A stretch of DNA of 64,000 bases, taken from an uncultured Desulfarculus sp. Its GTDB lineage: Bacteria > Desulfobacterota > Desulfarculia > Desulfarculales > Desulfarculaceae. The notes beneath the pieces were generated by a model. It made no database searches, was not told where the DNA came from, and worked only from the letters and a program-made list of their open reading frames with translations. The position numbers were made by a program, and so were the translations under genes. Of this stretch, positions 18,763 to 29,771 are shown piece by piece (within the stretch, counting starts at the first letter, position 1; the number at the start of each line of letters is the position of its first letter). The stretch lies in contig CAXXUK010000001.1 in assembly GCA_963665125.2 (NCBI GenBank), forward strand, positions 3,520,001 to 3,584,000, read 5' to 3'.

Positions 18763-18804
18763 CAAAAGCGGCGGCGCATGTATCACCACGCGCCGCCGCT
18801 TTTG
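18763..18804. terminator. Bidirectional terminator
   Basis: CAAAAGCGGCGGCGC...GCGCCGCCGCTTTTG between convergent genes. Confidence 0.8.
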
Positions 18805-18826
18805 CTTTATATCGGCTTCGAACCCG

Positions 18827-19477
18827 TTAGAAATTAAAACGCACGCCAAACAGTATGGTGTGGATGTGGTGCGGGTCCACGTCCGAAGTATCGTAATTGC
18901 TGTTCTGCAGGTCGTGGGTGCGGTCGTTGACGCTGTAGTAGCGGTACATCAGATCCAGCGCCCAGTCGGCATTGATGGCCCAGGAAGCGCCGGCCAGGAA
19001 CTGATAGGCAAAGTCCCAGGTCTTGTCGTCGGCCGAGATCCGCCGTCCGCTGGGAGTGGTCCAGTCCAGATCCTGATGCACGTAGGCCATGCCGATGCCC
19101 GCGCCTACGTAGGGAGTGAACGGCGTGGAGTTTTTCCAGTCCACAATGGCGTTGACCATGAATTTCCAGTGTTGGTCCTCGCCGGAACCGTTCACGGCGG
19201 GGTTCTGGCCGGTCACGTCGTCTATCTTGATCTTGGCGTAGCCCATCTCGCCCTCAAGGCGGAAGTAGTCGCAGATATGGCGGCCATAGGCAACGTCCAA
19301 CTCCCAGTAGTCCTTGTAGCTGAGTTCGTTTTTCCAGGGCCCCACGGTGCGGTCCACGTCCGCGGCCCAGCCCATGCCGCCGCGCAGGGTTACGTAGTTG
19401 GGTCCGGCTGCAACGGCCGGTGCGGCCACTGCAAGCGCCAACAGCGCAACTGCCACGAGCATTAACCTTTTCATCAT
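18827..19477 (-). CDS. Outer-membrane beta-barrel protein (opacity/OmpA-like transmembrane family)
   Basis: Signal peptide, FRLEGE, FTPYVGAGIG, FAYQFLAG, YRY and a C-terminal Phe (GVRFNF). Confidence 0.85.
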   Translation of the reverse strand: MMKRLMLVAVALLALAVAAPAVAAGPNYVTLRGGMGWAADVDRTVGPWKNELSYKDYWELDVAYGRHICDYFRLEGEMGYAKIKIDDVTGQNPAVNGSGEDQHWKFMVNAIVDWKNSTPFTPYVGAGIGMAYVHQDLDWTTPSGRRISADDKTWDFAYQFLAGASWAINADWALDLMYRYYSVNDRTHDLQNSNYDTSDVDPHHIHTILFGVRFNF

Positions 19478-19666
19478 ACTTCTCCCTTTTTCTTTTTGCT
19501 TCCGAACTATTGTTTGCCCGGCATGCCAATATCTACAGTAAATGTTGATATTGTCTACATCAACCAACTCTGTTCAAGGTTTTCTTTTTAATTTAATTGC
19601 GCCTCGCTGTCGAGTGCTTACATTTTTGTAAGTAATCGACTAAATACGCCTGAGAGGTGAAAAGAT

Positions 19667-22252
19667 ATGAGACTCGACAAATTTACGCTCAAGAGCCAGG
19701 AGATCATTCAACAGGCCGTGACCCTGGCCGACAAAGCCGGCAACCCCCAGACCGAGCCGGCGCACATCCTGGCCGCCACGCTACAGGTCAGCCAGGAAGT
19801 TGCCAAGCCGATCCTGGGCAGGGTCGGCGCTTCCGAAGCCGCCCTGGCCGCTGAAGTCGAAAAGGCCCTCAAGAAGCTGCCCAAGGTTTCCGGCGGTAGC
19901 CAGGCCTATCTATCCCAGACCAGCCGGGACGTATTGCAGCTCGCCGAAGACACCGCCGAAAACATGCATGACGATTATGTCTCGGTGGAGCATGTGCTCA
20001 TCGCTCTTGCCCAAGACAAGGGCCCTGCCGGCGACGCCCTGCGTTCCTCCGGCGTTACCGCCGAGGCTATCTTGTCGGTATTGAAGGAAATTCGTGGCGG
20101 TCAGCGCGTAACCGACCAGAACCCCGAGGACAAGTACCAGGCCCTTCAGCAATACGCCACGGATCTGACCGAAAGCGCCCGCAAGGGCAAGCTGGACCCG
20201 GTCATCGGCCGGGACGAGGAAATTCGCCGGGTCATCCAGATCCTCAGCCGCCGCACCAAGAACAACCCGGTGCTCATCGGCGAGCCCGGCGTGGGCAAGA
20301 CGGCAATCGTCGAAGGACTGGCCCAGCGCATCGTGGCCGGGGACGTGCCCGAAGGCCTCAAGGATAAGCGGGTGGTCAGCCTGGACATGGGCTCGCTCAT
20401 CGCCGGAGCCAAGTACCGCGGCGAATTCGAGGACCGGCTCAAGGCCGTGCTCAAGGAGGTCACAGACGCGGCCGGCGAAATTATCTTGTTTATCGACGAG
20501 ATGCATACCCTGGTCGGCGCGGGCAAGGCCGAAGGGGCCATGGACGCGGGCAACATGCTCAAGCCGCCCCTGGCCAGGGGCGAACTTCGCTGTGTGGGCG
20601 CCACCACTATCAAGGAATACCGCCAGAACATCGAGAAGGACGCCGCTCTGGAGCGACGCTTCGCGCCCGTACTGGTGGAAGAGCCTACTGTGGAAGACAC
20701 CATCGCCATCCTGCGCGGGCTCAAGGAAAAGTATGAGGTGCACCACGGCGTGCGGATCAAGGACTCGGCCCTAGTGGCCGCGGCCAGCCTCAGCGACCGC
20801 TACATCACCGACCGCTTTCTTCCGGACAAGGCCATCGACCTAATCGACGAGGCCGGCTCCAAGCTGCGCATCGACATCGACAGCCTGCCCGAGGAACTGG
20901 ACCAGATTGAACGGCGCATCCTCCAGATGACCCTGGAGATCGAGGCCCTTAAAAAGGAATCCGACCCCGACAGCAAAAAGCGCCTGGCCAAGCTTCAGGA
21001 AGAAATGAAGGAGCTTGAAACCAGCAAGAACGAATTGCGGTCCGAGTGGGAAAGCCAAAAGTCGGTCATCGAGGGCATGCGCGGGGCCAAGGAAAAACTG
21101 GACCAACTGCGCATCGAGATGGAGCAGGCCGAGCGCGGCGGCGACTTTTCCAAGGCCTCGGAATTGAAGTACTCCACTATTCCGGCCATGGAAAAGGATC
21201 TGGCCGAGCGCCAGGAGGCCATGGACCAGATGCAGGCCGAGGGCTCGGCCCTGGTCAAGGAGGAGGTCAGCTCCGAGGACGTCGCCGAGGTGGTGTCCCG
21301 CTGGACCGGCGTTCCCGTGGCCAAGCTCATGGAGGGCGAGCGCGATAAGCTGTTGCACATGGAAGAGCGCCTGTCCATGAGCGTGGTGGGGCAGAAAGAA
21401 GCCATCGAGGCGGTGAGCAACGCCGTACGCCGGGCCCGCAGCGGCTTGCAGGACCCCAACCGGCCCATAGGCTCGTTCATCTTCATGGGCCCCACCGGCG
21501 TGGGCAAGACCGAACTGGCCCGCTCGTTGGCCAAGTTCATGTTCGATGACGAGCAGGCCATGATCCGCCTGGACATGAGCGAGTTTATGGAAAAGCACTC
21601 CGTGGCCCGGCTCATCGGAGCGCCTCCGGGCTATGTGGGCTATGAGGAGGGCGGCTATCTAACCGAATCGGTGCGCCGCAGGCCCTACAGCGTGATCCTC
21701 TTCGACGAGATCGAAAAGGCCCACCCTGACGTGTTCAACGCCCTGTTGCAGGTCCTGGATGACGGCAGGCTCACCGACGGCCAGGGCCGCACGGTGGACT
21801 TCACCAACGCCATCATCATCATGACCTCCAACATCGGCAGCCAGTTCATCCAGGATATGAGCAGGCCCGACCAGCGTGGGGACATGGAAAACCTGGTCAT
21901 GGACGCCCTGCGAAGCGCGTTCAAGCCGGAGTTCTTGAACCGCGTGGACAATGTGGTGATTTTCCACAGCCTGACCAAGGAGCACATAGCCCACATCGTG
22001 GACATCCAGATGGGCAAGTTGGACAAGCTGCTGGCCTCCCGGGGCCTGCGCCTGGAATTGACCCAGGGAGCCCGGGACCTGCTGGCCAACCTGGGCTATG
22101 ACCCAGTGTACGGGGCCCGGCCCCTGAAGCGGGCCATCCAGACCAATGTGCAGGACGAGCTGGCCAAGGATCTGCTGGCAGGCGAGTTCATCGACGGCGA
22201 CACCATCATCGCCGATAATGAAGGCGGCAAGATCGTCTTCAGCAAGAAGTAA
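19667..22252 (+). CDS. clpB: ATP-dependent chaperone ClpB
   Basis: Two AAA+ modules ([16 protein letters not shown]), a long middle coiled coil and GYVGYEEGG; 861 aa. Confidence 0.97.
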   Translation: MRLDKFTLKSQEIIQQAVTLADKAGNPQTEPAHILAATLQVSQEVAKPILGRVGASEAALAAEVEKALKKLPKVSGGSQAYLSQTSRDVLQLAEDTAENMHDDYVSVEHVLIALAQDKGPAGDALRSSGVTAEAILSVLKEIRGGQRVTDQNPEDKYQALQQYATDLTESARKGKLDPVIGRDEEIRRVIQILSRRTKNNPVLIGEPGVGKTAIVEGLAQRIVAGDVPEGLKDKRVVSLDMGSLIAGAKYRGEFEDRLKAVLKEVTDAAGEIILFIDEMHTLVGAGKAEGAMDAGNMLKPPLARGELRCVGATTIKEYRQNIEKDAALERRFAPVLVEEPTVEDTIAILRGLKEKYEVHHGVRIKDSALVAAASLSDRYITDRFLPDKAIDLIDEAGSKLRIDIDSLPEELDQIERRILQMTLEIEALKKESDPDSKKRLAKLQEEMKELETSKNELRSEWESQKSVIEGMRGAKEKLDQLRIEMEQAERGGDFSKASELKYSTIPAMEKDLAERQEAMDQMQAEGSALVKEEVSSEDVAEVVSRWTGVPVAKLMEGERDKLLHMEERLSMSVVGQKEAIEAVSNAVRRARSGLQDPNRPIGSFIFMGPTGVGKTELARSLAKFMFDDEQAMIRLDMSEFMEKHSVARLIGAPPGYVGYEEGGYLTESVRRRPYSVILFDEIEKAHPDVFNALLQVLDDGRLTDGQGRTVDFTNAIIIMTSNIGSQFIQDMSRPDQRGDMENLVMDALRSAFKPEFLNRVDNVVIFHSLTKEHIAHIVDIQMGKLDKLLASRGLRLELTQGARDLLANLGYDPVYGARPLKRAIQTNVQDELAKDLLAGEFIDGDTIIADNEGGKIVFSKK

Positions 22253-22272
22253 GGCGATATTGCTAAAACGCT

Positions 22273-22305
22273 AAACCCCGGAGGATGTCATGCCTCCGGG
22301 GTTTT
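22273..22305 (+). terminator. Terminator after clpB
   Basis: AAACCCCGGAGG...CCTCCGGGGTTTT. Confidence 0.8.
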
Positions 22306-22326
22306 ACTTTCGCACTCCATATCACC

Positions 22327-22788
22327 TCAACAAACCTGGCCGTGCAGCCGATCCATGAGGCAGTCCACGGCCTCTTCGGGCGTGGCGGTCTCGGCCAGGC
22401 CGGCCACTTCCCAGGACCCCAGGCTGACCACGGGCTTGCGGGATTTCAGGGCCAGGCCGATCTCGCTGAGGGTGCCCGGACCGCCGCCCACGGCAATGGC
22501 CCCCTCGCCCGCGGCCACCACCAGGGCGTTTCGGGCCTGGCCCATGCCGCTGGGGATGACTATGGTGGCGAACTGGTTGGCCTCGGCCATGTCCGAGCCG
22601 GGCAGGATGGCCAGGGCCACGCCTCCGGCCTCGTCGGCGCCCTTGCAGGCCCCTTCCATAACCCCGCCCAGGCCGCCGCAGACAATGCCGAAGCCCCGCT
22701 GGGCCAACAAGCTGCCCACCTTGCGGGCGTTTTCATATTCCTCTTTGCTGGCCTGGCCCGCCCCTATCACGCTAATGAGTCTAAGCAT
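22327..22788 (-). CDS. TIGR00725-type LOG/SLOG family protein
   Basis: CGGLGGVME, ILPG, GMGQARN and GGGPGTLSEI motifs. Confidence 0.85.
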   Translation of the reverse strand: MLRLISVIGAGQASKEEYENARKVGSLLAQRGFGIVCGGLGGVMEGACKGADEAGGVALAILPGSDMAEANQFATIVIPSGMGQARNALVVAAGEGAIAVGGGPGTLSEIGLALKSRKPVVSLGSWEVAGLAETATPEEAVDCLMDRLHGQVC

Positions 22789-22806
22789 CGTTTCTACCCC
22801 CGGGAT

Positions 22807-23463
22807 TTATCGTTTCCAGCCATGCCTGCCGATGAGGTCCACGAAACGGCAGCCGCCAAGATCTTCGGTAATAAATTCATCGCCCCGCCTGGTCACCCGC
22901 ATCAGGCTCTGGTGAAAGCGGTCGCCCACCGGAATCACCAGCCTGCCGCCCTCGGCGAGCTGGGCCGCCAGGGGCCTGGGAATCTCCGGCCCACCCGCGG
23001 TGACGATTATGGCGTCATATGGCGCTTCGTCGGGGTGGCCCATGGTGCCGTCGCCGACAATGAGGTTGCAGTTGAATATTCGGCATTTTTCCAGGGCCGC
23101 GGTGGCCATGCGCGACAAGGAGTAGATACGCTCGATGCTGTATACCCAGTCGGCGCGCTTGGCCAGGATGGCCGTCTGGTAACCGGAACCGGTGCCGATC
23201 TCCAGGACCTTTTCCTTGCCGGTCAGGCCCAGGGCGTCGGTCATCAGGGCCACGATATAGGGCTGGCTGATGGTCTGGCCTTCGCCTATGGACACCGGAT
23301 GATCTTCATAGGCCTGGTTCCACAAGCCTTCGGGTATGAACAAATGCCTGGGAATTTCGGTGAACACAGCCAGCAGCTTTTGGTCATGGATGCCCCTGGC
23401 CGCGATCTGCTCGCTGACCATGCGCCGCCGCTGAAATGAGTACTCGCTGAATCCGGCCATCAA
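22807..23463 (-). CDS. pcm: Protein-L-isoaspartate O-methyltransferase
   Basis: GQTISQPY, VLEIGTGSGYQ, APYDAIIVTA and GGRLVIPVG motifs. Confidence 0.95.
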   Translation of the reverse strand: MMAGFSEYSFQRRRMVSEQIAARGIHDQKLLAVFTEIPRHLFIPEGLWNQAYEDHPVSIGEGQTISQPYIVALMTDALGLTGKEKVLEIGTGSGYQTAILAKRADWVYSIERIYSLSRMATAALEKCRIFNCNLIVGDGTMGHPDEAPYDAIIVTAGGPEIPRPLAAQLAEGGRLVIPVGDRFHQSLMRVTRRGDEFITEDLGGCRFVDLIGRHGWKR

Positions 23464-23465
23464 CC

Positions 23466-23996
23466 TTAGTCCTTGGGCTGGAATACGGTTATCTTGTGGC
23501 GGGGGGGCTCGATTTTCCGTCCGGCCCGGTCCGTGGGCTGCTCCGGAATGCCGTCAAGTTCTTCAGCCTGATCCAGAGGCGGCTCTTCCGGCGGCGGCGG
23601 GGTCTGATCACCGGGCTCCATGCTGATCTGGTAGGCGGGCGGCGGCGGTCCGGCCTTGATTCTCCGGGCCCAATAAACCAGCAAATGCAGGGCCAGCGCG
23701 CCCCAGACAAGGAGCAGGAAATACCACAGCCAGGCCGAGCCCCAGGTGTAGGCAGTATAGATGCCCGTGGCCACCATGGATGCGCCCAGGGTCATGCCCA
23801 GATGACGGGTCAGCCTGTCCCGGGCGTTGATCATGGGGTCCTCCCCGGCCATGATCACCCGGATCACCTCGCCGCCGTCTTCACCATCTATCAGGGGGAT
23901 GCTCTCCGACGGCTGGTCTTGCTGATCCTGCTCGGGCTCGGCGCTGTTTTGCTCTTTGTCCAGGCTCAATCCTCTCCCCTTGGTCCTGGAGACCAT
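23466..23996 (-). CDS. Hypothetical membrane protein (two TM helices, acidic/Pro-rich tails); start uncertain
   Basis: Two hydrophobic segments; co-oriented in the gene string, ending 2 bp before pcm. Confidence 0.6.
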   Translation of the reverse strand: MVSRTKGRGLSLDKEQNSAEPEQDQQDQPSESIPLIDGEDGGEVIRVIMAGEDPMINARDRLTRHLGMTLGASMVATGIYTAYTWGSAWLWYFLLLVWGALALHLLVYWARRIKAGPPPPAYQISMEPGDQTPPPPEEPPLDQAEELDGIPEQPTDRAGRKIEPPRHKITVFQPKD

Positions 23997-24043
23997 GCAG
24001 CAGTCTTTCGAATTATTACATACCACCACAGAACATGGACAGG

Positions 24044-24796
24044 CTAGCTCAAACGCCCCAATATTCTCTCTTTTAGCTGGTTTACGGCTAGTTCCAGAAG
24101 GGGTTTGAGGCTCAGGACGTCCCAGGCGTTGTATTGCTTGAGGGTCGCCAGGGCCGTTTCATCCCCGGCCTGATACGCCGCCCACAGACGCACGGCGTCC
24201 AGGCCCGACAGGCCGTCCACCTCGTCCGGCCGCTGGATGCCCAGGGTCTTTTCGATACGCTTGAGGCCGCCGCTGTAGCCCACCCTCTTGAGGACCCAGC
24301 GCAGATCGATGTGCACCGGCGGCACGTAAAGATTGCCAAAGACGCTTTTCAAGACCGGGATGTCAAAGGTGGAGCCGGCAAAGGTGCAGACTATGTCACA
24401 GCCGCGCATGGCCTGGTCCAGTTCGTGGAGGTTGTCTTCCGCCACATATTGCTGAACCGTTTCACCGTCATAGATGCCGACCATGGTTATGCCGCCCCAT
24501 TCGGCCGGATCGCCGCCGGTCTCGATGTCCAGGTAGGCCACGCGGTCATACTGGGGCCAGAAACGCCAGTGCTCGGCCGGGGGCAACATCCCGGCCAGTT
24601 CGTCCAGCCCCCCCGGAGCGGCAAGAGCCTCCAGAGAGCGCTTCACCATGGGCAGGCCCAGATTGTAGACTGCCCTGGGCAGCAGGGTCTTGCCCTTTTG
24701 GATGAAATCCTCCCACGATTCCACCCCTGCCCGCCAGATGGACAGTTCACGCTTTGCTCCCACTCCGGAGATGTGAATGAAACTACGCTTGAGCAT
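24044..24796 (-). CDS. RNase H-like (RNase_H_2/YprB-type) exonuclease
   Basis: YLDIETG, FDIP, HIDLR, GGLKRIE and YNAWDV motifs. Confidence 0.85.
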   Translation of the reverse strand: MLKRSFIHISGVGAKRELSIWRAGVESWEDFIQKGKTLLPRAVYNLGLPMVKRSLEALAAPGGLDELAGMLPPAEHWRFWPQYDRVAYLDIETGGDPAEWGGITMVGIYDGETVQQYVAEDNLHELDQAMRGCDIVCTFAGSTFDIPVLKSVFGNLYVPPVHIDLRWVLKRVGYSGGLKRIEKTLGIQRPDEVDGLSGLDAVRLWAAYQAGDETALATLKQYNAWDVLSLKPLLELAVNQLKERILGRLS

Positions 24797-24819
24797 TCAG
24801 TTTTTATTAATACCTGTTT

Positions 24820-25203
24820 CTACTTTTCGCCCTGCTGGGCCTTTTGTTCGCGCTTACGTTTGATGGTTTTATACAAGGAAAAGAAAAATCCAACAACGAC
24901 CAGGATCAGCAGCCCGCCCCTGATATTCAAAAAGAGGTCGCTCTTTTCCTGTCTTTCGGCGTTTTGTCTGGCGGCCTCGAGGATCATCTCCTGGCGCTGC
25001 CGCTCTGAATCCTGGCGGCGTTTATCAAGCCATCCGTCGGGATTTTCGTCCAACTCCTTGTTGATTTTTTCCATTTCATCCAAGGCGTGCTTTTGGTCGT
25101 GCGTCAACAGGGGGCGGTCAAGGCCTTGCTGGGCCCCTGCCGGAGCGGCGCAGATCAACGACATCAAAGCCACAATAACCACTTTTCCGATCAAACTCTT
25201 CAT
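24820..25203 (-). CDS. Hypothetical exported protein with a C-terminal membrane anchor
   Basis: Signal peptide MKSLIGKVVIVALMSLICAAPAGA; C-terminal TM helix and basic tail. Confidence 0.65.
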   Translation of the reverse strand: MKSLIGKVVIVALMSLICAAPAGAQQGLDRPLLTHDQKHALDEMEKINKELDENPDGWLDKRRQDSERQRQEMILEAARQNAERQEKSDLFLNIRGGLLILVVVGFFFSLYKTIKRKREQKAQQGEK

Positions 25204-25353
25204 GATCCCACCTTGCATTGTTAAATCATTCACCATGCCCTTTGACTATATTACAAGTCATTGGGCATCGGCCTTAACTATTTTTAATTCCTAGGCTTTA
25301 CCCATACAATTCACTTGACGAAGTCCACTACCTAAACCTTACAGGAGAAAATA

Positions 25354-26631
25354 ATGGCAACGCAATATGATGATATGTGGTCCAAACTCGGTCTGGATCT
25401 GGCAGGTCACGACCAGCTTTTGCAGGTCCTGGGCCAGGGTTACCAGGACGTCTTTCTGAGCCAGGCAAACCGCCCTCAAAGCATGGACTACTTCAACTTT
25501 GTCATGAGCGAAGTTCACGGCCTGCGGGTCAAGGAACTCGTGGACGGCCAGGCCCAGGGCCACAAGGTCATCGGCAGCTTTTGCGTGTTTGTCCCCGAGG
25601 AGATCGTCCGGGCGGCCGATGCCACCCTGGTGGGCCTGTGCACGGGTGCTGATTTCGCCCCCGAAGAGGTGGACAAGATCCTGCCCCGCAACACCTGCGC
25701 CCTGATCAAGAGCGCCTTCGGTTTCAAGCTGGGCAAGGTCTGCCCCTTCCTTGAGGCTTCGGACATGATCGTGGGCGAAAACACCTGCGACGGTAAAAAG
25801 AAGTCCTACGAGACCATGAACAACATGGTGCCCAACCTCTATGTCATGGATATCCCGCAGGTTAAAAGCGACCAGGGCCGCCAGCTTCTCAAGGCCGAAT
25901 ACCTGCGCTTCATGAAGGCCGTTGAAGAACTCACCGGCAACAAGCTCGACGTCGACAGCCTGAAAAAAGGCATCAAGATCGTCAACGACAAGCGCAGCGG
26001 CCTGCACCGCATGTACAAACTGCGCAAGGCCAGCCCCGCTCCCATCTCCGGCCTGGACGCCCTGTTGATGAACCAGGTCCAGTTCTACGATGATCCCATC
26101 CGCTTTACCGAAAACGTCAACAGCGTCTGCGATGAGTTGGAAAAGCGCATTGCCGACGGCGTCGGCGCGGTGAAGGCCGATGCCCCCAGGGTTCTGCTGG
26201 CAGGCTGCCCCATGGCCGTGCCCAACTGGAAGGTTCCCCATATCATCGAACAGGCCGGAGCGGTTATCGTGGGTGAGGAATCCTGCGTGGGCGAGAGGGG
26301 AATGCGCAACCTGGTTGACGACAGCGCCGACAGCGTTGAAGGCCTGGTTGACGCCATTGTCGACCGTTATTTCAAAATCGACTGCGCCGTGTTCACCCCC
26401 AACCCGGACCGACTGGAGCACATCAAGCAGATGGCCGACGAATACAACGCCCAGGGTGTCATTCAGTACGGCTTACAGTTCTGCCAGCCCTATCAGATGG
26501 AAGCCATTGGGGTGGAACAGGATATCAAACAAACGGGAATGCCGGTCATGCGCCTGGAAACCGACTACAGCCCCGAGGACGCGGGCCAGCTCCAGACCAG
26601 GGTCGAGGCCTTCCTGGAAATGTTAAGCTGA
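25354..26631 (+). CDS. Double-cubane-cluster anaerobic reductase (2-hydroxyacyl-CoA dehydratase-like family)
   Basis: MWSKLGLDL..HD, NRP..MDYF..V.SE.HG.R, FCVFVP, NTCALIKS, ENTCDGKKK, ESCVG, IDCA and QFCQPY. AGGAG RBS. Confidence 0.85.
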   Translation: MATQYDDMWSKLGLDLAGHDQLLQVLGQGYQDVFLSQANRPQSMDYFNFVMSEVHGLRVKELVDGQAQGHKVIGSFCVFVPEEIVRAADATLVGLCTGADFAPEEVDKILPRNTCALIKSAFGFKLGKVCPFLEASDMIVGENTCDGKKKSYETMNNMVPNLYVMDIPQVKSDQGRQLLKAEYLRFMKAVEELTGNKLDVDSLKKGIKIVNDKRSGLHRMYKLRKASPAPISGLDALLMNQVQFYDDPIRFTENVNSVCDELEKRIADGVGAVKADAPRVLLAGCPMAVPNWKVPHIIEQAGAVIVGEESCVGERGMRNLVDDSADSVEGLVDAIVDRYFKIDCAVFTPNPDRLEHIKQMADEYNAQGVIQYGLQFCQPYQMEAIGVEQDIKQTGMPVMRLETDYSPEDAGQLQTRVEAFLEMLS

Positions 26632-26763
26632 TATAACAGATGAACAGGCTTTACACTTGACAATATACCCCTATACCCATAACGTAGTTGGAAATACACT
26701 TGAAATAGGGTAGTAATTATACCGACTGGCCGCCCAAACAGCTCTGGTTGGGGGGAATTGATA

Positions 26764-26801
26764 GGGGAGGAGCCCTAAGCGGGCCCTCCCCGTATTGTTT
26801 T
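26764..26801. terminator. Hairpin between convergent genes
   Basis: GGGGAGG-a-GCCC-taagc-GGGC-CCTCCCC followed by GTATTGTTTT. Confidence 0.65.
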
Positions 26802-26840
26802 CTTATAACCGTAAACGTCGTTAACTAATAGTAACGCAGT

Positions 26841-28196
26841 TTATGCGATCTTGGGCAAAGCGCTCAGCGCCTCATCGACCATTTCCTTGGGATACTTGTA
26901 GTTGTGCAGCTGGCCGCCGAGATAAGCGTCGTAGGCGCTCATATCGAAGTGGCCATGGCCCGACAGGTTGAACAGGATGGTCTTTTCCTTGCCTTCTTCC
27001 TTGGCCTTGAGGGCTTCTTCCACCGCGCCGCGGATGGCGTGGGTGCTCTCCGGAGCAGGGATGATGCCTTCGGTGCGGGCGAACAGCACGCCGGACTCGA
27101 AGCACTCGAGCTGAGTGATGGCCCTTGCCCGGATATAGCCGTCTTCGACCATGCGGCTGACTGTGGGGGCCATGCCGTGATAGCGCAGGCCGCCGGCGTG
27201 GATGCCCGGAGGTATGAAGGCATGACCCAAAGTGTGCATCTGGACAATGGGGGCCATATGGGCCATATCGCCGTAGTCATAGGCGAAAACGCCCTTGGTT
27301 ACCGTGGGGCAGCTGGCCGGTTCGATGGCCAGAATGTCAACATCAAGGCCTTCCATCTTTTCGCGGACCCAGGGGAAGGCGATGCCCGCGAAGTTGGAGC
27401 CGCCGCCGATGCAGCCGATGACCACGTCGGGCTTTTCACCGATGGCGTTCATCTGGCGGATGGATTCCTCGCCGATTACGGTTTGGTGCATGCAGACATG
27501 GTTCAACACCGAACCCAGGGCGTAGTTGGTGTCGTCGCGGGTGGCCGCGTCTTCGACGGCCTCGCTGATGGCCAAGCCCAGGCTGCCCGGGCTGTCCGGG
27601 TCCTTGGCAAGCACGGCGCGGCCCGCCTGGGTGCGGTCGGTGGGGCTGGGGAAGACCTCGGCGCCCCAGGTCTGGATCATGGACTTGCGGTAAGGCTTCT
27701 GGTCAAAGCTGACCCGCACCATGTAAACGGTGCATTCCAAGCCAAAGTAGTTGCAGCACAGGCTCATGGCGCTGCCCCACTGGCCCGCGCCGGTCTCGGT
27801 GGAGATGCGCTTGATGCCGGCCTGCTTGTTGTAAAAGGCCTGGGCCACGGCGGTGTTGGGCTTGTGGCTGCCCGCCGGGCTGACCGATTCATTCTTGAAA
27901 TAGATCTTAGCCGGGGTGTCCAGGGCCTTTTCCAGTCGGCGGGCCCTCACCATGGGGGTGGGCCGCCACATGGCCAGAACCTGCAAGACGTCATCGGGGA
28001 TTTCCCACCAACGCTTGTCGCTCATTTCCTGCTCGATTAGGGCGCCGGGGAAAATCGCACCCATCTCTTCCGGGGTAACCGGCTGCATGGTCTGGGGGCT
28101 ATAGGGTGGAGCCAGGGGGTTGGGCATGTCCGCCTGGATGTTGTACCACTTCGTCGGCATGTCCTTTTCTGCCAGAAGGGACTTGACCTGTTGCAT
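26841..28196 (-). CDS. trpB: TrpB2-type tryptophan synthase beta-like PLP enzyme (stand-alone)
   Basis: [34 protein letters not shown] and NLSGHGHFD. No trpA is adjacent. Confidence 0.92.
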   Translation of the reverse strand: MQQVKSLLAEKDMPTKWYNIQADMPNPLAPPYSPQTMQPVTPEEMGAIFPGALIEQEMSDKRWWEIPDDVLQVLAMWRPTPMVRARRLEKALDTPAKIYFKNESVSPAGSHKPNTAVAQAFYNKQAGIKRISTETGAGQWGSAMSLCCNYFGLECTVYMVRVSFDQKPYRKSMIQTWGAEVFPSPTDRTQAGRAVLAKDPDSPGSLGLAISEAVEDAATRDDTNYALGSVLNHVCMHQTVIGEESIRQMNAIGEKPDVVIGCIGGGSNFAGIAFPWVREKMEGLDVDILAIEPASCPTVTKGVFAYDYGDMAHMAPIVQMHTLGHAFIPPGIHAGGLRYHGMAPTVSRMVEDGYIRARAITQLECFESGVLFARTEGIIPAPESTHAIRGAVEEALKAKEEGKEKTILFNLSGHGHFDMSAYDAYLGGQLHNYKYPKEMVDEALSALPKIA

Positions 28197-28264
28197 GGCT
28201 TACTTCCTTAAAATTAATGTTTCCATATAACTCAGCCGGCGGATCGCCGACCCTTGGGTTTACC

Positions 28265-28305
28265 AAAAAATAACCCGCCAGGCAAACGCTCGTTTGCCCA
28301 GGCGG
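28265..28305 (-). terminator. Terminator-like hairpin in the trpB2 leader
   Basis: Minus strand CCGCCTGGGCAAAC-GAGC-GTTTGCCTGGCGG-GTTATTTTTT, ending ~70 nt before the ATG. Confidence 0.55.
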
Positions 28306-28896
28306 CCAATTCCGGCCCTGTTCACATTGGTGAACCATATTCACATTTTTAGAAGTAAAAGTCTATCAAATTGTATACCGTGTACCTCATGGCCGCGTCT
28401 ATGTCAAGACGCCCTTTGGGTCAAAAATTTTTGTTTTATCTGCCGGACCAATCCACATTTTTTCTTTTAGCAGCCATATAAAGCAACGATGAAGAACCAC
28501 CAAAAAGCAATAGCCTCATTATTTTCATTTCCATGTTTATTTAACTTAAAATAGGCACATTATGCGGTTTTTTTTCGCTTGGCCGCAAATAATGGACTAA
28601 AAAGCGGGATCGAGTACCGCCGGAAAATTTTCCCCAGGGCGTTTTTTTGCTCTTATTGCGGCAAAGTTTCAGGCACCTGTTTGAGAATCAATTCCAGTTT
28701 GATCAAAACTTGTTAGCCCCACATCATTTGGTATCAATGCTGAAAAGTATCATAATGGCGTCATGGCGGATTTTCACCGTTTTCGCCTGAAATTTCCGGT
28801 TGCCACGGCCTTGCCCGATGAACCGCCTTGGACTATCCTTGCCGCTTAAAAAGACATCAATAAGTTTTCCCGGAGCAGCGTGGGGGTATTTATTTT

Positions 28897-29640
28897 TTGC
28901 TGGATCTGCTCAAAAAAATAAACGTGATTTTGGTCCGGCCCAGGGTACCGGAAAACATCGGCGCGGCAGCCCGGGCGGTGGCCAACATGGGACTTGGCCA
29001 ACTCAGGCTGGTCGACCCGGTTGATCTGGTCTGGAAATCCATGCGGGCCCTGTCCACGGCCAAGGGCGAACCGGTCTTGGAGGCCATGAGCGTCCACGAA
29101 ACCCTGGAGCAGGCCCTGGCCGACTGCAACCATGCGGTGGCCACCACGGCCAGGCAGGGTGAAAAGCGCGGCCAGCTCGTCCCGCCGCGCCAGGCCGCCC
29201 CGGAGATGCTGTCCATGGCCGAAGTCGGTCCGGTGGGCCTGGTTTTCGGACCAGAAGACCGGGGCCTCACCGTGGCCCAGGTGGACCGCTGCCGCCTTTC
29301 GGTGTGCATCCCCACCAGCGATGCCTCGAGTTTGAACCTGGCCCAGTCCATAATCGTCTTGGCCTACGAGCTGCGCCTAGCCGCCCAGGACGGCGCGGGC
29401 CTGGGTGAACGCCAACCACCTCGCCCGGCGCAACTAGGCGAATTATATGACTTACTTGAGCACTTGAAAGAAGCTTTCGTAAATATAGGCCATGTTCCAG
29501 CCGACAACCCTGATCATTTCATGCGTACTCTGAAGGCTCCGCTGGAGCGTGCCGGAATCACCAGCAAGGAAATCAGGGCCTGGAGGGGCGTGGCCCGCCA
29601 GATCAACTGGCTGGCCCGTAACGTCAAGAAAGACCAATAG
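28897..29640 (+). CDS. trmJ: SPOUT tRNA methyltransferase (TrmJ/LasT family)
   Basis: ENIGAAARAVANMG, VFGPEDRGL and SLNLAQS motifs. Confidence 0.85.
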   Translation: MLDLLKKINVILVRPRVPENIGAAARAVANMGLGQLRLVDPVDLVWKSMRALSTAKGEPVLEAMSVHETLEQALADCNHAVATTARQGEKRGQLVPPRQAAPEMLSMAEVGPVGLVFGPEDRGLTVAQVDRCRLSVCIPTSDASSLNLAQSIIVLAYELRLAAQDGAGLGERQPPRPAQLGELYDLLEHLKEAFVNIGHVPADNPDHFMRTLKAPLERAGITSKEIRAWRGVARQINWLARNVKKDQ

Positions 29641-29771
29641 GCCGCCGGTATTAGGGCCCATATCAAACGGCTGAACCTACCTGCTCCGGCGGCGCATCTA
29701 TTACTATATAGAAGCCCCACACCAATCCCATGAACCGAAAGGCCCAAGGCCGTACCGGGACAGCCTTGGGG

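Noticed and set aside
19594..19620. CIRCE element upstream of clpB
   Set aside because: Only a right half-site (GAGTGCTTA) is present, with no left arm at 9-bp spacing.
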